Below are positions 9,842-19,063 of a DNA stretch of 64,000 nt, in pieces. Positions within the stretch are counted from its first letter, which is position 1; each line of letters starts with the position of its first letter. Where the stretch lies: assembly GCA_009784685.1 (NCBI GenBank), contig WRBF01000004.1, positions 14,419 through 78,418 of the forward strand, in the 5' to 3' direction. The translations under genes and the position numbers were made by a program. The notes below the pieces were generated by a model. It was given only the letters and a program-made list of their open reading frames with translations. It was not told where the DNA came from and made no database searches. The DNA comes from Defluviitaleaceae bacterium. GTDB lineage: Bacteria > Bacillota > Clostridia > Lachnospirales > WRBF01.

Positions 9842-12253
9842 ATGGACAGCAAGGCGCTTAAAATCCTTGAATTTAATAAAATAATAGACCGTTTGGCTGA
9901 AAAAGCAATTTCGCCAATGGGAAAAGAACTTGCGGCTGATACTTTACCGCTTGATAACCTTGAAAAAATACAAAAATCACAGCGTGAAACATCCGAAGCT
10001 GTAAGCGTAATTTTAAAGAAGGGTTCGCTGCCTCTTGGTGGTCTTAGAGATGTTCGTGCGGCAGTTAAACGTGCGGATGTCGGTGGTATGCTTGGCATTG
10101 TGGAGCTTTTTGAAGTAGGAGAATTTCTTTATGTCTGCCGCAAAGTTTCAAATTACGCAAAAGCGCAAAATAATAATGTCTTAAACGATAACCTGTTTTC
10201 TTTGGAAGAATATTTCAATGCAGTCAAGACGATTGACTCATTGGAAAAAGAAATAAACAGATGTCTGCCAAATGAAAATGAAATTGCTGATGGCGCAAGT
10301 TCTGAACTTTTGTCCATTCGCAAGGCGATTAAAACGTCTAACAGCAAAATAATGGAGCACCTTAACAGCATAATTCATTCCGGAACTTACAAAACAATGC
10401 TTCAAGATGCTGTTATTACAATGCGTGGCGGGCGATATTGCGTGCCTATTAAAGCGGAATATAAGACCACTTTTAACGGAATGATCCATGATCAATCTTC
10501 AACCGGTGCGACGGTTTTTATGGAGCCTTTAAGCGTTGTTCAGCTTAACAACAAGCTGAAAGAGCTTGCGGCGGAAGAAAAAGATGAGATAGATAAAATA
10601 TTAAGGCAGCTTTCGGGGCTTGTATCTGAAAATAGCTTTGAAATTCTTCAAAATAATGAAATGTTAACATATCTTGATGTTGTGTTTGCAAAAGGTGAGC
10701 TTTCGCTGTCAATGAACGGAATCGAGCCTGTTTTTAACGAGAAAGGATATATTAACATCAAGAAAGGCCGCCACCCGCTGATTGATCCAAAAGTTGTCGT
10801 CCCGATTGATATTTATTTAGGTGACAGCTTTAATACTCTTTTAGTAACCGGACCTAACACCGGCGGCAAAACTGTTTCACTTAAAACTATAGGTCTGTTT
10901 ACGCTTATGGGTCAAGCCGGGCTTCATATAGCCGCATCTGACGGCTCCGAACTTGCAATTTTTGATAATGTTTTTGCGGATATTGGCGACGAGCAAAGCA
11001 TTGAACAAAGCCTTAGCACGTTCTCGTCCCATATGACTAATATAGTTAGGATTCTTGACAAAGTTACATGTGACTCGCTTGTTCTTTTAGACGAGCTTGG
11101 CGCAGGAACAGACCCAACAGAGGGTGCTGCCCTTGCTATATCTATACTTGAATATTTGCATGGTCTTAAAGTACGCACGGCTATAACAACTCATTACAGC
11201 GAACTCAAGATTTATGCGCTTCAAACCGAATGTTTTGAAAACGCCTGCTGTGAATTTGATGTGGCGACTCTTCGCCCGACGTATAAGCTTTTAATAGGCA
11301 TACCCGGTAAGTCAAATGCCTTTGCTATATCAGAGAAACTAGGTCTTCCGATGCATATAATAAGTGCAGCTAAAGATATTTTAAGCAGTGAAGAAGTTCG
11401 TTTCGAAGATGTAATAACTGATCTTGAAATAAGCCGCAAAGCTCTTGAATCTGAGCAGGCAAAAGCCGAAGCTCTTCGTAGAGAGTCTGAACGGCTGCAT
11501 AGCACTCTTGAACAGCAAAAAGAAAAGCTGCAAGCGCAAAGAGATAAAATTGTTGCCGAAGCTAAGCTTGAAGCACGGTTATTAATGCAAAAAACCAAAG
11601 ATGAAGCAAATGCAATGATTAAAGAGCTTAAAGAGCAAATACGTGAGAGCTCTGATAATAAAGCTATTGAACAATCTCGCTTAAAAATACATGAAAAGCT
11701 TAAAGAAGTGGAATTAAGCTCGGTTTCTTTAGGAACAGGAAAAGGCAAGCTGATTTCTATTAAAGATACGGTTAAGGAAGGCGAATTGGTTTTTGTTGAT
11801 ACGTTTAATAAAAATATGACAGTAGCCTCTAAGCCAACATCATCGGGTGATGTTATGGTTGTATCAGGTAATATGCGTGTTAAAGTTAAGGTCAAAAACC
11901 TATTTATGCCCGATAAAAACGAAATTGCACGGGAAAAAGCGTTAAGTCGTGAAAGCTTCAAAAGCCCTAAATCATCTACGCATAGTGTAAAATCAAGCAA
12001 AAGCAAATTTATTTCGCAAGAACTTGATATAAGAGGTCAATATCCGTCTGATGGGGTTGAAAAGGTTGACAAGTATATCGATGATGCAAAACTCTCTAAC
12101 CTAAACAAAGTTATGATAATTCATGGCAAAGGAACAGGAGTGCTTCGAGATGCAATCCACGATCATCTGCGGACAAACCCTCTTGTTAAAGAGTTTCGCT
12201 TAGGTACATTTGGTGAAGGCGAAGCAGGTGTTACAGTTGTAGAACTTAGGTGA
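9842..12253 (+). CDS. mutS2: Endonuclease MutS2 (MutS domain V ATPase plus C-terminal Smr domain)
   Basis: Walker A TGPNTGGKT, motif LVLLDELGAGTDP, and a C-terminal Smr region VMIIHGKGTGVLRDAIHDHL. Confidence 0.95.
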   Translation: MDSKALKILEFNKIIDRLAEKAISPMGKELAADTLPLDNLEKIQKSQRETSEAVSVILKKGSLPLGGLRDVRAAVKRADVGGMLGIVELFEVGEFLYVCRKVSNYAKAQNNNVLNDNLFSLEEYFNAVKTIDSLEKEINRCLPNENEIADGASSELLSIRKAIKTSNSKIMEHLNSIIHSGTYKTMLQDAVITMRGGRYCVPIKAEYKTTFNGMIHDQSSTGATVFMEPLSVVQLNNKLKELAAEEKDEIDKILRQLSGLVSENSFEILQNNEMLTYLDVVFAKGELSLSMNGIEPVFNEKGYINIKKGRHPLIDPKVVVPIDIYLGDSFNTLLVTGPNTGGKTVSLKTIGLFTLMGQAGLHIAASDGSELAIFDNVFADIGDEQSIEQSLSTFSSHMTNIVRILDKVTCDSLVLLDELGAGTDPTEGAALAISILEYLHGLKVRTAITTHYSELKIYALQTECFENACCEFDVATLRPTYKLLIGIPGKSNAFAISEKLGLPMHIISAAKDILSSEEVRFEDVITDLEISRKALESEQAKAEALRRESERLHSTLEQQKEKLQAQRDKIVAEAKLEARLLMQKTKDEANAMIKELKEQIRESSDNKAIEQSRLKIHEKLKEVELSSVSLGTGKGKLISIKDTVKEGELVFVDTFNKNMTVASKPTSSGDVMVVSGNMRVKVKVKNLFMPDKNEIAREKALSRESFKSPKSSTHSVKSSKSKFISQELDIRGQYPSDGVEKVDKYIDDAKLSNLNKVMIIHGKGTGVLRDAIHDHLRTNPLVKEFRLGTFGEGEAGVTVVELR

Positions 12254-12257
12254 TTAA

Positions 12258-12962
12258 ATGGTCAGAGGTAAAAGGAAGATGCTGTCAGACAAAAAGAATT
12301 TACATGCAGGGCACAGACAGCGTGTGCGTGATAAATATATGTCATGCGGTTTTGAATCTTTTAATGATGTTCAAATGCTTGAGCTTCTTTTATTTTACAG
12401 CTACAAAAGAGCGGATACAAATGAATATGCACACATGCTATATAACGATTATAACGAATCAATTCAAATGCTTTTTGAATCAAGTGCTAGTGAAATATCA
12501 GAAAAAAGCGGCATAAACTCTAATGCCGCCGTTTTAATATCATCCTTATTGCATATTTCAGACAGATATTCAAAAAGTAAAAGCTGTGATAAAAAATTAC
12601 TTAGAAGCTTTTGTGATGTTGGTATGTATGCTATTTCTTTATTTGCCGGAATTACCGAGGAATATTCTTACCTTTTGTGCCTTGATAAAAACTACGGACT
12701 TTTGCAAGCCGTTAAATTAGTAAAAAAGCCGGAATATGATGAAAATGCATACTTAACAAGTGATATAGTCGAGAATGTAATTAAATTTAATGCAAGCTAC
12801 GTGATTATAGCTAGTAATAGATTATCAGGAGAGCTTAAAATTACAGATGAAAACAAAAGGTCGGCAGATACTATTGAAAAAGCCTTGAAAACTATTGAAG
12901 TTCCTATGCTAGACCATGTTATAGTTTCCGGGGATAGGTTTGTAAGTTTTTATCAAAAGTGA
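12258..12962 (+). CDS. RadC-like protein with a degenerate (probably inactive) JAMM motif
   Basis: The N-terminus GHRQRVRDKYMSCGFESFNDVQMLELLLFYSYKRADTNEYAH is typical RadC. Where the JAB motif HNHPSGxxxPSxxD is expected, the sequence reads ASNRLSGELKITDEN. Confidence 0.75.
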   Translation: MVRGKRKMLSDKKNLHAGHRQRVRDKYMSCGFESFNDVQMLELLLFYSYKRADTNEYAHMLYNDYNESIQMLFESSASEISEKSGINSNAAVLISSLLHISDRYSKSKSCDKKLLRSFCDVGMYAISLFAGITEEYSYLLCLDKNYGLLQAVKLVKKPEYDENAYLTSDIVENVIKFNASYVIIASNRLSGELKITDENKRSADTIEKALKTIEVPMLDHVIVSGDRFVSFYQK

Positions 12963-13015
12963 TATAGGGTATTAGTCCGCAACAGCTTAAAGTCTAATGA
13001 TTAGGTGAAAGTTAA

Positions 13016-14143
13016 TTGAAAATTATTAACGGTTACAATATTTTCGTCGACTATATAAATCGTGTGATAACCATTATTGGACCAAAGGATGTTTCAAAGA
13101 ATAAAATGGTATTTTCCTTGGATACAAAAGAAAACATCTTACGATCCATAGTTGAAATTTCTAAAAAAGAAATTCCAATAAAAGATGGTACTATTGCGGC
13201 GGCTGTTGCTGCTTTTGGATATTATTTCCTTGCTTTAGAAGGGATGAATTCAGAACAGGGCAATTTTTTGGATATGCTTGATGATATCGCTGATGAATTG
13301 ATTGCAGCAAAGCCGTCTTCTGTAAATTTGTTTTGGTGTATTAACAGGCTATATTATAGAGCTGCCGAAGAATCGCCGCATAAAGGTAAAATGCTTGAGG
13401 TTATGCAAGAAGAGGCAGAAAACATACAAAATGAGATTGATGATATAATTAAATGTATAAGTGCTGAACCTTTAAACGAAACTAAAATCAAAGATGTCCA
13501 AATTATAGAATTGATGCTTTTTTTCTGTCAAACTTCCAATTACAATAAACGCCGTAACATAAGAAAAACGGCTGTTGTATTAATTGAACATTTTGGAACC
13601 TTTCATAACTTGCTTGAAGCAGATGCCCTTGAAATATCAGCATCGCTTGGCAGCAAAATGCCGGAAAAGACAAAGCAGTCAATTGGAGTGCTGCTTTCAG
13701 CGATGCTTGGTGCTTATATGAGATATCAGGTATGCAAATTAGGCAGTGCAGTGCTTGATAGACCGGAAAAGGCGGCAAAGTATGTTAAAGCATTATTGTA
13801 TGGAAAAACTATAGAACATCTTTATCTTCTTTTGCTCGATAAAAATAATAATTTGCTTGATGCGATATTAATAGGAAAAGGCACTGTAGACAGTGCTGCG
13901 GCATATCCCCGAGAATTTGCAAGGGTTGCGCTCAAGCATAAAGCTAATGCACGTTATGCGGTTTTAGCCCATAACCACCCTAGTGGAAATTTGTGTGAAT
14001 CACCTGATGATATAATTGCTACGATCAAAGCTAAAGATGCTCTTGAAGTTATTGGAATCAGAGTTGTTGACCATATTATAATTGCGGGGGAAGGGTATAA
14101 AAGCTTTGCCGAAACAAGCACTAAGCCATTTGATTACAATTAG
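13016..14143 (+). CDS. radC: Chimeric protein: MtnA/eIF-2B-family N-terminal domain fused to a full RadC (intact JAMM)
   Basis: Residues ~1-150 (…GTIAAAVAAFGYYFLAL…AAKPSSVNLFWCINRL…) resemble the N-domain of methylthioribose-1-phosphate isomerase. The C-half carries ELMLFF…NYNKRRN and AVLAHNHPSGNLCESPDD. TTG start follows AGGTGA. Confidence 0.7.
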   Translation: MKIINGYNIFVDYINRVITIIGPKDVSKNKMVFSLDTKENILRSIVEISKKEIPIKDGTIAAAVAAFGYYFLALEGMNSEQGNFLDMLDDIADELIAAKPSSVNLFWCINRLYYRAAEESPHKGKMLEVMQEEAENIQNEIDDIIKCISAEPLNETKIKDVQIIELMLFFCQTSNYNKRRNIRKTAVVLIEHFGTFHNLLEADALEISASLGSKMPEKTKQSIGVLLSAMLGAYMRYQVCKLGSAVLDRPEKAAKYVKALLYGKTIEHLYLLLLDKNNNLLDAILIGKGTVDSAAAYPREFARVALKHKANARYAVLAHNHPSGNLCESPDDIIATIKAKDALEVIGIRVVDHIIIAGEGYKSFAETSTKPFDYN

Positions 14144-14153
14144 GAGGTATTGC

Positions 14154-15464
14154 GTGGATATATTATTTAATGACATTACCGCAATAACTATGGAAAAAAG
14201 CGACCCTGTGTTGTACAATGCCTTTATAGGCGTGACGAATGGAAAAATTTGCTATATTGGCAAGACTCGCCCTAAGGAATCTATAGTACGTGAAATCTGC
14301 GGCAAAAACAAAGTGATAATGCCCTCATTAATAAATTGCCATACCCACAGCCCAATGTCGCTGCTTAGGGGGTATTCAAACGATGTAAAGCTTAAGCAGT
14401 GGCTATTTGACGACATTTTCCCTGCGGAAAGAAAAATAGATTATGATATGGCATATATAGGGGCGCAGCTTTCGATTGCTGAAATGATTGCATCAGGAAC
14501 CACATCAATGAGTGATATGTACCTCGGTCTGCCTCGTATAGCTGAAGCCGTATCTGAAGCCGGAATAAAGGCAAATTTATCAAACGGTATACTTCATTTT
14601 GGGGATGAAAGATGCGACTTTAAAACATCTAAGGAATACATTGAGACGATTGAAGTAGTTAAGGAATATCACTTGAAAAATCATCCGTTAGTCAAGGCAG
14701 ATGCGAGTATTCATGGTGAATATACATCAAGCCCGGATGTTTGGCGGCAGGTTATTGACTTTGCAAAAGAATATAATTTGCGTATGCACATACATCTTTC
14801 GGAATCGAAGGATGAGCATGAAGACTGTAAAAAACGTCACGGAGGCTTAACCCCGACGCAGGTTTTTAATAAATACGAGCTTTTTGATTTACCGGTTATG
14901 GCGGCGCATGGGATTTATATTGAAGATTGTGACATCGAAATATTGAAGAACAAAAATGCAACTATAGTACACAACCCAATTTCGAATCTAAAGCTAGCAA
15001 GCGGAATAGCTCCGATACACAAAACAGCAGCAAGTGGCGTAAACATAGCTCTTGGAACAGACGGTATGGCATCTAATAATTCAAATGATCTTTTTGAGGA
15101 AATAAAAATAAGCTGTTTGCTTCAAAAAGCTATATGCGACGACCCAACAGTTATACCTGCATATCAAGCAATTGAAATGGCGACAGTTAACGGTGCGATA
15201 GCACAGGGTAGAGAAAATGAATGCGGAAAGATAAAACAAGGTTTTGATGCCGATATTATAATGATCGACTTTGATAACGAAAGATTGACACCATCATATG
15301 ATCCCATTTCTACGATTGCTTATTCTTCCACAGGACAGGATGTGTGTCTTACTATGTGTAAGGGTAAGATTTTGTATGAGAACCGGGAGTTTAAAACTGT
15401 TGATGTTGAAAAAGTGTTGTTTGAGGCCAGAAAGATTCAAGATAAGCTTAAAAGGGCGACTTAG
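14154..15464 (+). CDS. mtaD: 5-methylthioadenosine / S-adenosylhomocysteine deaminase (amidohydrolase)
   Basis: Motifs LINCHTHSPMSLLRG, HIHLSES and GTDGMASNN fit the family. GTG at 14154 follows AGGAGG. The ORF track extends upstream into the radC 3' end. Confidence 0.85.
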   Translation: MDILFNDITAITMEKSDPVLYNAFIGVTNGKICYIGKTRPKESIVREICGKNKVIMPSLINCHTHSPMSLLRGYSNDVKLKQWLFDDIFPAERKIDYDMAYIGAQLSIAEMIASGTTSMSDMYLGLPRIAEAVSEAGIKANLSNGILHFGDERCDFKTSKEYIETIEVVKEYHLKNHPLVKADASIHGEYTSSPDVWRQVIDFAKEYNLRMHIHLSESKDEHEDCKKRHGGLTPTQVFNKYELFDLPVMAAHGIYIEDCDIEILKNKNATIVHNPISNLKLASGIAPIHKTAASGVNIALGTDGMASNNSNDLFEEIKISCLLQKAICDDPTVIPAYQAIEMATVNGAIAQGRENECGKIKQGFDADIIMIDFDNERLTPSYDPISTIAYSSTGQDVCLTMCKGKILYENREFKTVDVEKVLFEARKIQDKLKRAT

Positions 15465-15650
15465 GGCGGTTTAGTACAGTTTATGGTGATTATATGATTG
15501 CTGATTTTACTCAAAATACAAAAATATCTGCTTATCACATATGGCAGTCTACCTGTTGTGACCACCCAGTTAACCATTGGCTTTGTGCGAAAGATACCCT
15601 TGCAATATCAATGGCGAATTTTTACAACTTGGAATTAGGAAGATAGGACA

Positions 15651-17540
15651 ATGATATCACTAAAAAATATTTCAAAATCTTTTGGAGAAAACACTATAAT
15701 ATCGGATGTAACTTTTCATATGCATGATAATGAAAAAGTTGCATTGGTAGGTGTTAATGGGGCGGGTAAAACTACCCTTTTTAGAGTGCTTACAAAAGAA
15801 TATGAACCTGACGGCGGCGAAATCATAATCCCACCAAGCCTTAATTTAGGATATCTTCCTCAATCTGCTGTGATAGATAGCGATAAGACAATTTATGAGG
15901 AAATGCTATCTGTCTTTGATGAGGTAATTAAAGTTGAGGAAAGTCTGCGGCTTATGGAAAGGCAAATGGCAGGTCTTTCAGGATCTGATCTTGAAGTCCT
16001 TATGAAAAAATACGCTGATTTACAGCATAATTTTGAAAAAAAAGATGGATATGAATATTCAAGCCGTGTAAAAGGGGTAATTAAAGGGCTCGGTTTTTCG
16101 GATGAGGAAAGCAAAAAAAACGTACAGGTTTTATCAGGTGGTGAAAAAACCCGTGTTGCACTTGGTAAGCTTCTTCTTTCAAAAGCAGACGTGCTTTTGC
16201 TTGACGAGCCAACAAACCATCTTGATATAACATCAACAGTGTGGCTTGAAGACTTTTTGAAAAATTACCCCGGAGGAATGATAATAATATCTCATGACAG
16301 ATATTTTTTGGATAAAGTAGTTGGTAAAGTTATAGAGATGGAGCATGGAAAAGCGACTATATACCACGGTAACTACTCACATTTTGCTTCAAAAAAAGAG
16401 GAAGTTCGTGAAAATCAGCTTAAGCAGTATTTTGATCAGCAAAAGGAAATTAAGCGGCAAGAAGAAATAATCGCTAGATACCGCTCTTACTCAACTGAAA
16501 AGCAAATCAAGCGGGCTAAGAGCAAGGAAAAAATGCTTGATAAAGTAGAACGTCTTGAAAAACCTGATAGTCTGCCGCAGTCAATGCGTCTTAAACTGTC
16601 GCCTCAGCGGGAAAGCGGTAATGATGTTTTGTCTGTCCGTAATATTTGTAAATCGTTTCCTGATAAACAGCTTTTTTCCGGTGTGTCTTTCGAAATTAAA
16701 AAAGGCGATAGAGTTGCTTTAATTGGAGCAAACGGAACCGGCAAAACAACAATTATCCGTGCTGTTTTGGGAAATGCAGAAATAAACAGCGGAGATATAA
16801 AGCTTGGTACGAATGTTTTCGTTTCTTACTACGACCAAGAACATCAGAATATAGACAGTCAAAAGACGCTGTTCGATGAAATATCAGATGCCTACCCAAA
16901 GCTTACCTCGCTTGAAATACGAAATGCACTTGCTGCTTTTGTTTTTATCGGGGATGATGTTTTTAAAAAGATTGGAATGTTAAGCGGCGGAGAACAGGGC
17001 AGGCTTTCTCTTGCTAAAATTATTCAATCAGGTGGTAACTTTTTAATACTTGACGAACCGACGAACCATCTTGATATTTACTCAAAAGAAATTCTTGAGC
17101 AGGCTCTTAAAAACTACACAGGAACAATTTTATATATATCACATGACAGATATTTTATTAACAGCACAGCCACAAAAATTTTAGAGCTTGCTGACGGTGA
17201 AATAAAAGAATACTTAGGCAACTACGATTATTATGTTGAAAAAAAATCGAATATTTCTGATAGTAGCCCGATATACGTAGAAGAAACCGTAACAACTGCA
17301 AAAATGGACTGGCAGGCAAATAAACAAAAAGCCTCCGAAGAGCGAAAGATTGAGAACAGGGTCAAGAAAATAGAAGAGCAAATAGAAGCACTTGAAAGAG
17401 AAATAGAGGCTATAAACTCAAAGCTTAATGAACCGGAAATAAATACTGATCATGCTAAAGCGGCAGAATTTTTTGAAAAATTAACATCACTTGAGCAAGA
17501 TATTTCCGGGCTTTATGAAGAATGGGAGGTTTATCATTAA
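15651..17540 (+). CDS. ABC-F family ATPase (two NBDs, inter-domain linker, C-terminal coiled coil), Uup/YfmR-like
   Basis: Two Walker A sites (GVNGAGKTT, GANGTGKTT), two LSGGE signatures, no TM domain, and a K/E-rich linker and tail. 629 aa. Confidence 0.9.
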   Translation: MISLKNISKSFGENTIISDVTFHMHDNEKVALVGVNGAGKTTLFRVLTKEYEPDGGEIIIPPSLNLGYLPQSAVIDSDKTIYEEMLSVFDEVIKVEESLRLMERQMAGLSGSDLEVLMKKYADLQHNFEKKDGYEYSSRVKGVIKGLGFSDEESKKNVQVLSGGEKTRVALGKLLLSKADVLLLDEPTNHLDITSTVWLEDFLKNYPGGMIIISHDRYFLDKVVGKVIEMEHGKATIYHGNYSHFASKKEEVRENQLKQYFDQQKEIKRQEEIIARYRSYSTEKQIKRAKSKEKMLDKVERLEKPDSLPQSMRLKLSPQRESGNDVLSVRNICKSFPDKQLFSGVSFEIKKGDRVALIGANGTGKTTIIRAVLGNAEINSGDIKLGTNVFVSYYDQEHQNIDSQKTLFDEISDAYPKLTSLEIRNALAAFVFIGDDVFKKIGMLSGGEQGRLSLAKIIQSGGNFLILDEPTNHLDIYSKEILEQALKNYTGTILYISHDRYFINSTATKILELADGEIKEYLGNYDYYVEKKSNISDSSPIYVEETVTTAKMDWQANKQKASEERKIENRVKKIEEQIEALEREIEAINSKLNEPEINTDHAKAAEFFEKLTSLEQDISGLYEEWEVYH

Positions 17541-17801
17541 AAAATATAAAATTTGAATAATGAAAATATGCTTTTGAAATAATAAGATAGAATAGTTTCA
17601 TCAATTTTTTAAATTTATTTTTAATATCCGGAACTTTTATATCTTTATGTTCGTCTTATTTATTGCAAGGGTAATCCTAGCACATAAAAGTTGCTTCGTA
17701 GCTTTTATGTACCCTCCCTCAGGGTGCGACACGGCGGAAGCTAATTAATAATCAACTTCCGCCGTGATAATAAAATTAAAAAATAAACAAACGAAAGTGA
17801 G

Positions 17802-18665
17802 ATGATTAGCGTGAAAAACGCAAAAAAGGTTTTAGCATTATTATTAGCAGTTATTATGATATTGGGTATAGGTTCAGTATTGGCTATGGGAGATAATGCG
17901 GCAAATGGTTCTCCTTCATCTGAAAAAACAGCTCGTTTTATTATCCTCGAAGGTTCTGAAAATTCTATGATAAGCGAATGCGGCGAACTTGTTATTCATA
18001 TTAGTGATGAAACGCCAATAGTTTTTGAAGATGATATTGATGTTCGTGAAGCGTTAGAGGAAGGTCAAGTCCTTTTAGAAGTTTTGGATGGCAGAAAACT
18101 TGTTGTGACTTACAGTATAACAACAAGGAGTATTCCTCCTCAAACTACTCCTGAAAAAATCGTAGTTATGTATGAAGTAGCTGTTCATCTTCCGATTGAT
18201 ATTAATGGTGAAGCTGAAGACGGCTTAGGAATAGAAGCCCCTATTGGTAGTTTAACCCTTACGGAAGAAGAACTTGATGAAATGTATGAAGTAATGCAGC
18301 TTAACGGCGAAGTTGTTATGTTTGGAGAGTTAATTGATATGCCATCACCATTTCTTGTGCGCAGCACAGGAAGAATCGACATAATGGTTCCTCTTCGTGC
18401 AATTGCTGAGGAACTTGGATATGACGTAAATTGGGATCACGAAGTTCAAGGTGTACGCCTTGGTGCTTCGACAAATCTTTGGATTGGCAGAGATGAGTAC
18501 GTTGTTGGCAGAATGGCTCCTGTGGAACTTGGAGTAGCTCCTGCATTAGTGGATGGCGTAACATTTGTACCTATGACTTTTTTCCGCGATGTTCTAGGAT
18601 ATAATATATTCTCGTTTGAAGGTCAAGTTGTATTTACAACTCCTGTTGAAGGGGAAGATATGTAA
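17802..18665 (+). CDS. Secreted protein with a copper-amine-oxidase N-terminal (stalk) domain
   Basis: Signal/TM sequence KKVLALLLAVIMILGIGSVLA. The C-terminal region IMVPLRAIAEELGYDVNWD…VDGVTFVPMTFFRDVLGY is characteristic of that domain. Confidence 0.7.
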   Translation: MISVKNAKKVLALLLAVIMILGIGSVLAMGDNAANGSPSSEKTARFIILEGSENSMISECGELVIHISDETPIVFEDDIDVREALEEGQVLLEVLDGRKLVVTYSITTRSIPPQTTPEKIVVMYEVAVHLPIDINGEAEDGLGIEAPIGSLTLTEEELDEMYEVMQLNGEVVMFGELIDMPSPFLVRSTGRIDIMVPLRAIAEELGYDVNWDHEVQGVRLGASTNLWIGRDEYVVGRMAPVELGVAPALVDGVTFVPMTFFRDVLGYNIFSFEGQVVFTTPVEGEDM

Positions 18666-18756
18666 ATTGTGGCATTAAGCTTTCTGAATATAAATCAGCG
18701 GCAAAAGTAGTGCAGTAAACACATAATATTACTCCGTTAGAAATGTGTTATGCGAT

Positions 18757-18797
18757 AGAACCTCGTCATGCTTAAAAGTGTGGCGGGGTTCTGTTTT
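18757..18797 (+). terminator. Rho-independent terminator after the 17802 gene
   Basis: 12-bp stem AGAACCTCGTCA/TGGCGGGGTTCT (with G-U pairs), followed by GTTTTGAGGTTGTTTT. Confidence 0.6.
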
Positions 18798-18810
18798 GAG
18801 GTTGTTTTAC

Positions 18811-18977
18811 TAGGGTGTGTTCGATAATTCCATTCCGTCATATTTTCGGCTTATTTTCCGCTATGCACTTTTGCGGAAAAGCCTTACGTACCTTTGGGTA
18901 TGTGCGGTTTTCTGCAAAAGCGCCTATCGAAAAAACGCTCAAAAATCTAACGAAAGCGAATTATCGAACACACCCTA
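18811..18977. repeat. MITE-like 167-bp palindromic element, copy 1
   Basis: Perfect 20-bp terminal inverted repeats: TAGGGTGTGTTCGATAATTC (18811-18830) and GAATTATCGAACACACCCTA (18958-18977). The interior is an imperfect hairpin centred on CGTACCTTTGGGTATG. Its core is related to the element at 42838-43001. Confidence 0.75.
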
Positions 18978-19063
18978 TAAAAAATCAAATTCAAAAAATA
19001 ATTTTGGATTAAATGAGTATTTTTTACATTTCTGTACATAATAGGAGTACGGAGGTGATAAAA

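Noticed and set aside
11221-12006. Long antisense ORFs in the supplied track: 142..405, 4532..5008, 5608..6045, 11221..12006, 20046..20612, 25481..26023, 26803..27330, 37725..38051 and 53622..53999.
   Set aside because: Each lies fully inside, and opposite to, a gene with unmistakable family motifs. All lack SD sequences and have low-complexity or Ser/Leu-rich shadow-frame composition.
15483-15497. Mini-ORF ATG GTG ATT ATA TGA (MVII) upstream of the ABC-F gene, considered as an ARE-type attenuation leader peptide.
   Set aside because: It has no SD sequence and no downstream terminator/antiterminator pair. The ABC-F protein (629 aa, long C-terminal coiled coil) looks like a housekeeping Uup/YfmR type rather than an antibiotic-resistance ARE.
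18815-19041. Track ORFs 18815..19012 and 18817..19041 (65 and 74 aa).
   Set aside because: They lie within the palindromic MITE-like element and the AT-rich spacer, and have no SD. Two overlapping frames being open is an artefact of the repeat.
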